From Oscillospiraceae bacterium (GTDB lineage Bacteria > Bacteroidota > Bacteroidia > Bacteroidales > WCHB1-69), in NCBI GenBank assembly GCA_963603365.1, contig CAVCMI010000006.1, positions 82 to 64,081 on the forward strand: 64,000 nucleotides of DNA. The letters run 5' to 3'. The translations under genes were made by a program, and so were the position numbers. Positions 28,201 through 36,219 of this stretch are shown piece by piece. The notes under the pieces were generated by a model that saw only the letters and a list, made by a program, of their open reading frames with translations, was not told the DNA's origin and searched no databases. The first letter of the stretch is position 1. Each line of letters begins with the position of its first letter.

Positions 28201-28719
28201 GTGTCCATGCAGCAAGTCGTACTGAAAGGACGTGTCGGGAAAAGTCTCGCTTTCCATACCACTTATGAGCATCAGGAGACGGGGAACCAGTCGGAGCAGA
28301 TGTCCACACGATGCTACACGATAAGGCAGCACAGGGTAGGCGAAGAGGTCCGGTATCAGTTCCGTAATGTCTTGAATATGTCTCTGGAGTACAGTTACGG
28401 CAGCAAGCGCAACCGTTCGGGCATTGAGCGGATTTGGACGCACAGTGCACTGCTGGAAGCAGCAGGACGTTTTGCCGAACGAGGTACGGTGACGTCTTCA
28501 CTGCAGTATGTCTATGCCGGCGGCAGGATAGAAGAGAGCAACACCGTTTCGTACCTGATGATGAACGGCCTTTCGCTTGGTCAGAATGTCCTGTGGAAGT
28601 GCGACTGCCGCATCTCCGTCACGGAATATATGCAATTGTCTCTCCAGTATGAAGGCCGGAAAACGCAGGGCAACAAATCCGTGCACACAGGCGCCATGAC
28701 GGTAAAGGCCATGTTCTGA
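25276..28719 (+). CDS. Large secreted beta-rich protein of unknown family, probable outer-membrane barrel, encoded upstream of porP
   Basis: 1147 aa with no competing long ORF. N-terminal hydrophobic signal ([18 protein letters not shown]). Alternating beta pattern throughout. C-terminal ...TVKAMF aromatic end typical of OMPs. Confidence 0.55.
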   Translation: [1147 protein letters not shown]

Positions 28720-28749
28720 ATGACGCCCCCTTAACGGCTTCCCTCGTCG

Positions 28750-28775
28750 GACGATGATTATAGACGATGATTATA
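28750..28775. repeat. Perfect tandem 13-mer x2 (gacgatgattata)
   Basis: Read directly: 28750-28762 and 28763-28775 are identical. Lies in the 340-bp intergenic region upstream of porP. Confidence 0.85.
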
Positions 28776-28793
28776 ATGGCGGGAATGTCATCT

Positions 28794-28805
28794 GCTGACG
28801 TCAGC
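28794..28805. promoter_or_regulatory. Perfect 12-bp palindrome gctgacgtcagc (possible operator or short hairpin)
   Basis: Self-complementary sequence read directly. It sits between the 1147-aa gene stop and porP. Confidence 0.3.
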
Positions 28806-28906
28806 ACGGGAATACACCGGACAGCGCGGAATACTTTAAAAACGGCGGACGGAAGCCAACGGAAAATAAAAAAAAAACAAGCGGCATTGCAAATTAAAAA
28901 TAATCG

Positions 28907-28914
28907 TATTTTTG
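28907..28914 (+). promoter_or_regulatory. Candidate -7 promoter box (TATTTTTG) upstream of porP
   Basis: Matches TAnnTTTG in an AT-rich spacer about 145 nt upstream of ATG 29060. Confidence 0.3.
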
Positions 28915-29059
28915 GCGCTTAAAAAAAAGAAATGTAATTGCAGCATGTAACTTAATTGTTGAAGAATGGTAAAAGATATACTGAATTAAAGTTATAAAAG
29001 CGGGATAATAAAGAATAACATGTTGTAAGACAATTGTTTGAGGAAATAAAAACTAAACT

Positions 29060-30112
29060 ATGCTTATAAGGTCTCGTATAATCCGATGTGCAATTCTGCT
29101 TGTGGTTATCCTTTCTGCCGTGAAAGTCAGCCAGGCGCAGGACGATGCGCAATTTACGCTTTTCCCGTGGGCTTCTTCTTATTACAATGCCGGAGCCATT
29201 GGTGAACAGAGCAATACGTTATGCTTTACAGCCCTTTACAATAACAAATACACGGGTTGGAGTGATGTTTACACGAACGGAGATTCGTTGAAGAAAGACA
29301 AGACTGCACCGCACGATGTTCTTATAAACATAGAGTCATATCTGAAGAAACTGAAAGGATCGATCGGCTTGTCGCTGGTCAACGACGTAATAGGATATTA
29401 CAACAACATTGGGGTCAAGCTCGGTTATTCGTACAAGTTGAGGATAGCGGGCGGTCATTTAGGCATCGGCTTGCAGGCCTCGCTATACAACCAGAATATT
29501 TCAAAGGACGGTTTCCGTCCCATCCAGACCGGCGACCCGGTGATTGACAACCTCGGAGAATCGACGATGGACCTTGACTTCAACTTCGGGGTCCAGTACA
29601 AATGCGACCAATGGCATGCCGGCATCAGTTTCACACAAATTGCCAGCGCCTTTGACAAGAACCATGCTTTGAGAGTCTCGGGCGAGAAGAATGCCGTGAA
29701 CCGTACCCCGCAAATGTACGTACATGGCGGTTATACGTGGATAGTGCCGGCAAACCCGAGTTGGGAGGTTATGCCTTACGCGATGGTGAAGACGGATTTC
29801 AAGACCTACCAGATAGACATTATGGGGCTGGTAAGGTACAACGGCATATTCTGGGGCGGTGCAGGCTACCGCATAAACGACAACATCAACCTTATTTTCG
29901 GCGCGCGCCCGTTCTACAATTCTTCCAACGTATATCTCAAAGGCCTGGAGGCGGCACTCAGTTACGGCATCACGGCTAACAAATTGGGATACAAACCGAA
30001 CCGCAGTTTCGGCGACATTGAAGTCATGGTGCGCTACTGCTTTGACATATACAAGCCGGAAATATTCTCGGGTTATGGGTCAACACGTTACATCTACAAA
30101 AATCAGTACTGA
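29060..30112 (+). CDS. porP: T9SS outer-membrane protein PorP/SprF family
   Basis: 350 aa. Signal peptide, then QDDAQFTLFPWASSYYNAGAIG (PorP/SprF N-terminal signature). Positioned directly upstream of porK, as in the porPKLMN operon. Confidence 0.85.
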   Translation: MLIRSRIIRCAILLVVILSAVKVSQAQDDAQFTLFPWASSYYNAGAIGEQSNTLCFTALYNNKYTGWSDVYTNGDSLKKDKTAPHDVLINIESYLKKLKGSIGLSLVNDVIGYYNNIGVKLGYSYKLRIAGGHLGIGLQASLYNQNISKDGFRPIQTGDPVIDNLGESTMDLDFNFGVQYKCDQWHAGISFTQIASAFDKNHALRVSGEKNAVNRTPQMYVHGGYTWIVPANPSWEVMPYAMVKTDFKTYQIDIMGLVRYNGIFWGGAGYRINDNINLIFGARPFYNSSNVYLKGLEAALSYGITANKLGYKPNRSFGDIEVMVRYCFDIYKPEIFSGYGSTRYIYKNQY

Positions 30113-30164
30113 GAAAAAATAAATCAGCATCATCAACGTTAGAAAAATCATAAATACGATAAAA

Positions 30165-31595
30165 ATGAAAAGGTTAATTATTATGCTCGCAGTGACAATG
30201 GTCGTGCTGTCGTCTTGCAACAGCGGCGGAGACGGCCAGCTTGTCGGAGTCAAGGACCGTCCTGACTTCGTCGACCTCGAACCATACGGAATGGTGTATG
30301 TACCCGCCGGTCATTACGTCATGGGGGGCGGCGACCAGGATGTGCCGTTCGCATTGACTCAGCAGTCCAAGAACGTCACGGTAGGTGCGTTCTGGATGGA
30401 CGAAACTGAAATCACGAACAACGAGTACCGCCAGTTTGTCTATTGGGTCCGCGACTCGATTGCACATGTCCTGCTGGGAGACGCCGAAATCGAAGATGCC
30501 GAGAAATACGGCCACTACAAGAAATATGTGAGCGGCGAGAACGAGGGCGAGGTGATAGAACCCAAGATTATCAACTGGAAAGAAGAGATCCCGTGGGATT
30601 CTGACAACGAGGAGGTGCAGGCTGCACTCAGCCCGCTTTTCAATAAGGTGAACACAAGGTTTTACCATTACCGCCCGAATACGACCAACGTGTCGATGTA
30701 TAATTTCGAGTATTGGTGGTACGACTTCCGCAATTACCGCGACCCTAAAAACCCTGAGGAGTTCGGTGCCTCTACAAAGGAGTTTGACAAGGACGCTTCC
30801 GACTACGGCGGTCTCTACTGCAACCGTCCGAGCAGTGTAGGCACGGGTTACCAGCGCTTCATCAAACACGAGGTGGTCAATATTTATCCCGACACGCTGT
30901 GCTGGGCCCACGACTTTGTCTATTCGTACAACGAGCCTATGGTGCTGAACTATTTCTCGAACCCGCAGTACGACAACTATCCTGTTGTCGGCGTCAGCTG
31001 GAAGCAGGCCAAGGCATTCTCATATTGGAGGACAATGCTTCGCATGTCATGGCTTTCCACAAAAGAATACGCCAACGAGCACGATTTCAGGCTGCCATCC
31101 GAAGCCGAATGGGAATGGGCCGCACGCGGCGGCAACTCCCTCGCTTCCTATCCCTGGGGCGGTCCCTACACCACCAACAGCAACGGCTGCTTCCTCAGCA
31201 ACTTCAAGCCTCAACGCGGCAACTACATCGCTGACGACAACCTCTATCCAAGCATCGTGGCCCACTATTACCCGAACGACTGGGGGCTGTTTGACATGAG
31301 CGGCAATGTGGCAGAATGGTGCGAAGACGCTTTTGACAAGTCTGCCACGAACTTCACGCACGACATGAACCCGCAATATACATATTATGCCCGCAAGGAC
31401 GACTCTCCTGCCAAGAAGAGAAAAGTCATCCGCGGCGGTTCATGGAAGGATGTCAGCTATTACACGACCGTCTATGCCAGGTCGTACGAGTACCAGGACA
31501 CTTGCAAATCATACGTTGGTTTCCGTAACGTCCAGGCTTTCATGGGACGCCAGAGAGGCGACAACTCATCACAGAGCGCATCACATGTTTATTAG
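30165..31595 (+). CDS. gldK: T9SS lipoprotein PorK/GldK (SUMF1/FGE-like domain)
   Basis: 476 aa. Lipobox VVLSSC. Blocks RLPSEAEWEWAARGG and RGGSWKD. Confidence 0.9.
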   Translation: MKRLIIMLAVTMVVLSSCNSGGDGQLVGVKDRPDFVDLEPYGMVYVPAGHYVMGGGDQDVPFALTQQSKNVTVGAFWMDETEITNNEYRQFVYWVRDSIAHVLLGDAEIEDAEKYGHYKKYVSGENEGEVIEPKIINWKEEIPWDSDNEEVQAALSPLFNKVNTRFYHYRPNTTNVSMYNFEYWWYDFRNYRDPKNPEEFGASTKEFDKDASDYGGLYCNRPSSVGTGYQRFIKHEVVNIYPDTLCWAHDFVYSYNEPMVLNYFSNPQYDNYPVVGVSWKQAKAFSYWRTMLRMSWLSTKEYANEHDFRLPSEAEWEWAARGGNSLASYPWGGPYTTNSNGCFLSNFKPQRGNYIADDNLYPSIVAHYYPNDWGLFDMSGNVAEWCEDAFDKSATNFTHDMNPQYTYYARKDDSPAKKRKVIRGGSWKDVSYYTTVYARSYEYQDTCKSYVGFRNVQAFMGRQRGDNSSQSASHVY

Positions 31596-31649
31596 AAAAA
31601 TAAAATCACTATTTATTAATCATCAATCAAATCTAAATTCAATTAAAAA

Positions 31650-32372
31650 ATGAACGCAATTAACAGATTAGTTAGAACTAACGGGTACAAGAACTTTATG
31701 GCAAAACTGTATGGTTGGGGTGCCGCAGTGGTTATTGTAGGTGCATTGTTCAAAATTCTGCACTGGCCGGGCGCTAACCTTATGCTTATGGTCGGTATGT
31801 TCACGGAGAGTGTGATTTTCTTCCTGTCAGCATTTGAACCGCCTCACGTTGAGTTCAACTGGTCTTTAGTATATCCTGAACTTGCCACCGGCGAAGAGAC
31901 GCCGTCAGAATCCACGAAGAGAGAGAAGAAAAAACAGATGCAGGGCGCCAGTGCCACACAACAGCTGGACAAGATGCTCGAAGAAGCCAAGATCGGCCCC
32001 GAACTGATTGAAAGCCTTGCAACAGGCATGAGAAACCTCAGCGACAATGCCAAGAAACTTGCAGGCGTTTCTGACGCTGCAGTTGCAACGGACAGCTTTG
32101 TGGGCAATATGACCAAGGCCGCCGAGTCTGTACGCAACCTCACCCTCAAATACGACAAGGTTGCCGCCTCTCTCGACACCGACAGCAACGCTTCTGCTGC
32201 TTACCTTGAAAGCCTCAAGAAGGCCACCAATGCCGTGAACCAGCTGACAGCCGCCTACGAGCAGACCACCAACTACAAGGCTGAAATGGACAAACTGACC
32301 AAGAACATCTCTTCTCTCAGCACCATTTACGGCAATATGCTGGCAGCTATGGGCGTTCACCCCGGCAAATAG
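31650..32372 (+). CDS. gldL: T9SS motor component PorL/GldL
   Basis: 240 aa. Two N-terminal TM helices (GWGAAVVIVGALFKILHWPGANLMLMVGMFTESVIFFLSAFEPP), then a helical tail. Confidence 0.9.
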   Translation: MNAINRLVRTNGYKNFMAKLYGWGAAVVIVGALFKILHWPGANLMLMVGMFTESVIFFLSAFEPPHVEFNWSLVYPELATGEETPSESTKREKKKQMQGASATQQLDKMLEEAKIGPELIESLATGMRNLSDNAKKLAGVSDAAVATDSFVGNMTKAAESVRNLTLKYDKVAASLDTDSNASAAYLESLKKATNAVNQLTAAYEQTTNYKAEMDKLTKNISSLSTIYGNMLAAMGVHPGK

Positions 32373-32432
32373 TTTTGAATCATCTAAATCATTTACCTTA
32401 ATTAAATCCTAACTACAATAATACTATAGAAA

Positions 32433-34067
32433 ATGGGAGCAACAAATTGTCCGGAGACCCCGAGACAGAGAATGATCCAGATGATGTATCTGGTCTATAC
32501 TGCAATGTTGGCTTTGAACGTATCCGCCGATATCCTCAATGCTTTCATTGTGGTTGATGACACGCTGCAGACAAGTATGCGCAATACCACCGTCCAAAAC
32601 GGCAATGACTACAACTGGTTTGAACAACAGAAATTGATATTGGGAGAAGCCAAGATCCATGACGCATACGTCAATGCCAAAACGCTCAGAAAAGAGACTG
32701 CTGACATTGTCAATTACCTCGAGAAGTTGAGAAGTGACCTTATTTTCTACGTTGATGGCGACACAATAGCTGAAGTGAAGACGGAAGACGGGAAGAAAGT
32801 GAAACAGACAAAGACTATCGCCACGATGGAGTCCAAGGAAAACTTCGACAAACCTACCGATTTCATGATCAACAAAGGCAATGCTCTTGCCATGAAGAAA
32901 AAGATCAAAGATTACAAAGCCAATGTCCTGAAGATGGTGAGACCCGCAGACCAAAAGAGAATCAGCGCGTTGGTCGGTCTTGATGTTGACACGAAGTTCA
33001 AGAAAGACGGATTTGAACAGACTTGGGAGGAGCATAATTTCGACCATATCATCGCTGCCGCCGCCGTTACACTTATAAACAAGGAAATCGGCGAGATACG
33101 CAACGCCGAGTCTGTTATGCTTGCCTACCTCAAGTCATCCATCAGTGCCGATGACTTCAAGTTCGACCAAGTGTCAGGCCGCGCCATTCCTAATTCCCGT
33201 ATGGTGTTCTCCGGCGACAGTTATGAGGCTGACATCATTGTGGCTGCTTATGACACCAAACAGACCCCGGAGGTTTACTACAAGATGGGCGCTGACACGT
33301 TGACGGAAGCCGGTATTTCATCCGCAACCAAGTTGGAGGGAGAGAACGGCATCGTAAAACTGAAGATTTCTGCCGGCAACCCGGGCGACCAGAAATATGC
33401 CGGCCTTATCAAAATCATGGACCCGAACGGTCAGCCCAAGTATTATGGATTTAAAGACAAGTATTCAGTTCTGAAGCCTTCGGCAACCATTGCTGCAGAA
33501 AAGATGAACGTGCTCTATGCAGGCATCGCGAACCCAGTTTCTGTCTCCGCCCCCGTTGACCCCGGCAAGTTGAGCGTCTCTTTCCCAGGATGTAATGTCA
33601 CGAATGCCGGCGGAGGCAAGTTCAACGTGTCTGTGCCCTCCAATATGATCGGCAAGACGGTTAATGCTACGGTATCCGCCAAATTAGGCGATGCTGCAAG
33701 CAAGAACCTCGGCGCCACGACATTCCGTGTCAAGCGGGTTCCGGATCCGCGTGCCGTGCTCGGCGCCGGCATCCGCGGCGGAAAACGCGCCAAAGCCGAA
33801 CTTACGGCAAACCCCGTGATCCGCGCTACAATGGGCGAGGACTTCGCTTACGACTTGAAATGGAAAGTCAACTCGTTCAGGGTGATCTTTGTCAGCAAAG
33901 GAATGGAAGACCCTGCCATCGCTTGCCAAGGCGGCGCACTCTCCGAAACGGTCCAGAACAAGATCAAGAAGGCCTCAGCCAATACCGTTATTTATTTTAC
34001 CGACATTAAGGTTTCTTCAGAAGCAGGAACCCGCACACTCGACGAGTTCTCCGTACGTATCAGATAA
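32433..34067 (+). CDS. gldM: T9SS motor/periplasmic shaft component PorM/GldM
   Basis: 544 aa. N-terminal signal-anchor RMIQMMYLVYTAMLALNVS and a long periplasmic region. Gene order K-L-M-N. Confidence 0.9.
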   Translation: MGATNCPETPRQRMIQMMYLVYTAMLALNVSADILNAFIVVDDTLQTSMRNTTVQNGNDYNWFEQQKLILGEAKIHDAYVNAKTLRKETADIVNYLEKLRSDLIFYVDGDTIAEVKTEDGKKVKQTKTIATMESKENFDKPTDFMINKGNALAMKKKIKDYKANVLKMVRPADQKRISALVGLDVDTKFKKDGFEQTWEEHNFDHIIAAAAVTLINKEIGEIRNAESVMLAYLKSSISADDFKFDQVSGRAIPNSRMVFSGDSYEADIIVAAYDTKQTPEVYYKMGADTLTEAGISSATKLEGENGIVKLKISAGNPGDQKYAGLIKIMDPNGQPKYYGFKDKYSVLKPSATIAAEKMNVLYAGIANPVSVSAPVDPGKLSVSFPGCNVTNAGGGKFNVSVPSNMIGKTVNATVSAKLGDAASKNLGATTFRVKRVPDPRAVLGAGIRGGKRAKAELTANPVIRATMGEDFAYDLKWKVNSFRVIFVSKGMEDPAIACQGGALSETVQNKIKKASANTVIYFTDIKVSSEAGTRTLDEFSVRIR

Positions 34068-34089
34068 TCTTTATAAAACATCCTTTATT

Positions 34090-35028
34090 ATGAAAAAGTT
34101 CAGTTTGTTATTTTTAGCCCTTGCCGCCTCGTTTTCACTCTTCGCACAGGAAGAGGAAGAGACTACCGGCAGCACCATGAACCAGCCGGTGCGCAAGCCG
34201 GTCGAGTTCAGTTGGGAACAGGTTGACGTGGGCGAGTTTTCTGACCCTGTCGCATACCCTTCCATCCGTCAGGCAGACGTGATGTATTACTACACGGTAT
34301 GGAGAACTATCGACTTGCGCGAGAAAATCAACCACCCGCTCTATTTCCCGACGGAAACAAAAGGCACGTGGAGAAGTCTTTCGCAGGTGATTTTCGATGC
34401 CATGGATGTCCAGAATCCAGAAAAGACGGAAGGCGTGCTTCCAATCTACTCGGATGAGATGTGTACGCTTCCGTTCTCAAGGGACGAATTGAGGGGAAAC
34501 CTCTCTGAAGTGTCCCAGATCCCTGAAATCGACCTCGAAACCGGTGAAGAGATCGGCATGAAAGAGATGATTGTCGAATATGAACCGAAACAGGTCATCT
34601 CCTACAATGTGAAAGAGATATGGTATTTCGACAAACAGGCTTCACGTTTCTTTGTCCAGATCCTTGAAATCGAGCCTATCATTGAACATGAACGCCAAGG
34701 CACCTCCTCCTATGACGAAGAGGGCAGCGGCGACGAGGATGTCAGAGGGGTCATGATGAAGAAAAGGGTAGGGTACATCTACTACAATGAACTCCGTCCT
34801 TTCCTCGCCAAACAGGAGGTCTATAACGTCAAGAACAATGCTCAACGCATTTCATTCGACGACCTGATTACCTGGAAACGCGACTTCACCAGTTTCATTT
34901 ATAAGGAGGCAAATGTCTATGACCGTGACATCGCCGACTATATAGCAAATTCAAGAGACCAGCGCCTCGAATCCGAAAGAATCACTGACAAACTCCGTAC
35001 GTTTGAGAGCGACCTTTGGGAATTTTAG
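34090..35028 (+). CDS. gldN: T9SS periplasmic ring protein PorN/GldN
   Basis: Start set at ATG 34090 (MKKFSLLFLALAASFSLFAQ), because the track start 33889 lies inside gldM. Blocks WRTIDLREKINHPLYFP and VKEIWYFDKQASRF. Confidence 0.85.
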   Translation: MKKFSLLFLALAASFSLFAQEEEETTGSTMNQPVRKPVEFSWEQVDVGEFSDPVAYPSIRQADVMYYYTVWRTIDLREKINHPLYFPTETKGTWRSLSQVIFDAMDVQNPEKTEGVLPIYSDEMCTLPFSRDELRGNLSEVSQIPEIDLETGEEIGMKEMIVEYEPKQVISYNVKEIWYFDKQASRFFVQILEIEPIIEHERQGTSSYDEEGSGDEDVRGVMMKKRVGYIYYNELRPFLAKQEVYNVKNNAQRISFDDLITWKRDFTSFIYKEANVYDRDIADYIANSRDQRLESERITDKLRTFESDLWEF

Positions 35029-35058
35029 AATACTGAACTTTTTCATGATAAATACTAA

Positions 35059-35089
35059 ATGGGGTGTTCGGCGACACTCCATTTTTTTT
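35059..35089 (+). terminator. Rho-independent terminator after gldN
   Basis: 9-bp stem atggggtgt/acactccat (one G-U pair), 6-nt loop, then a T8 run. Confidence 0.6.
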
Positions 35090-35112
35090 AATTTTGCACC
35101 AAAATTCAACAG

Positions 35113-36078
35113 ATGATTATAGTTACTGGAGCAGCCGGTTTCATCGGCAGTTGTATGTGTGCGAAACTTAATGAGATGGGACATTCCGACCTTATCCTTG
35201 TGGACGACTTCGCCAAAGAGGAGAAACGCCGGAATTGGGAAGGCAAAAAGTATGCCGACAAAGTCCAGCGCAATGATTTCTTTGACTGGGCAGCGAAAAA
35301 CGCCGGACATATCGACTGCATAGTACATCTCGGGGCACGTACCGACACCACCGAAACGGACTACACTGTTTTTGAAAAGTTGAACGTGGAGTTTACACGA
35401 AGGGTCTGGCATCTGGCATCCCGTATTGGCGTCCCTTTGCTGTATGCCTCGTCGGCCGCCACATACGGGGCCGGGGAGTTCGGATATAAGGATGACGAAA
35501 AACTGTCACAGGCGCTTCAGCCGCTCAATGCATACGGACGCTCGAAGAATGAGGTCGACAAGTGGATACTGAAACAGGCCGTTGTGCCCCCGTGTTGGTA
35601 TGGCTTCAAGTTTTTTAACGTCTATGGCCCCAATGAGTACCACAAAGGCCGAATGGCCTCGGTGATTTTCCACTCCTTCAACCAGATAAAGGAGACCGGC
35701 GGAGTGCGGCTTTTCCGCTCCCATAATCCGGACTATGAGGACGGCAAGCAGTTACGTGATTTCATTTATGTCAAGGATGTGGTGAGGGTGCTCTATTGGT
35801 TTATACAGCACCGTCCGGCCAGTGGCATCTATAATCTCGGCACAGGAAGCGCACGCTCGTTTCGGGCTCTCGCCGCGGCGGTTTTCCGCGCCTTGCACGC
35901 CGAACAGCAAATAGAATATATCGACATTCCCGTTGACATCCGCGACAGATATCAGTATTTTACAGAAGCCGACATCACTAAAATGCGGAGCAACGGTTAC
36001 CGGAGACCATTCACCCCGTTGGAGCAAGGCGTAAAATCGTATGTGACCAAATATTTGACCAAAAACGCCATATATTGA
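35113..36078 (+). CDS. hldD: ADP-L-glycero-D-manno-heptose 6-epimerase
   Basis: 321 aa. Blocks MIIVTGAAGFIGS, YGRSKNEVDKW (YxxxK) and FFNVYGPNEYHKGRMASVIFH closely parallel enterobacterial HldD. Confidence 0.8.
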   Translation: MIIVTGAAGFIGSCMCAKLNEMGHSDLILVDDFAKEEKRRNWEGKKYADKVQRNDFFDWAAKNAGHIDCIVHLGARTDTTETDYTVFEKLNVEFTRRVWHLASRIGVPLLYASSAATYGAGEFGYKDDEKLSQALQPLNAYGRSKNEVDKWILKQAVVPPCWYGFKFFNVYGPNEYHKGRMASVIFHSFNQIKETGGVRLFRSHNPDYEDGKQLRDFIYVKDVVRVLYWFIQHRPASGIYNLGTGSARSFRALAAAVFRALHAEQQIEYIDIPVDIRDRYQYFTEADITKMRSNGYRRPFTPLEQGVKSYVTKYLTKNAIY

Positions 36079-36137
36079 AAGCAACTTTTATATTTCATTA
36101 TTTTGGGCGTAAGTATAATCCCGCACGGAAATTTTTT

Positions 36138-36145
36138 TATTTTTG
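36138..36145 (+). promoter_or_regulatory. Candidate -7 promoter box (TATTTTTG) upstream of recQ
   Basis: Matches TAnnTTTG about 75 nt upstream of ATG 36220. Confidence 0.3.
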
Positions 36146-36219
36146 TTTCCGTTTTCCAAAATCAGGGGAAATACTCAATGAATACTTAGAAAGTGAGAAC
36201 CAAAATCTTTTATTGACGA

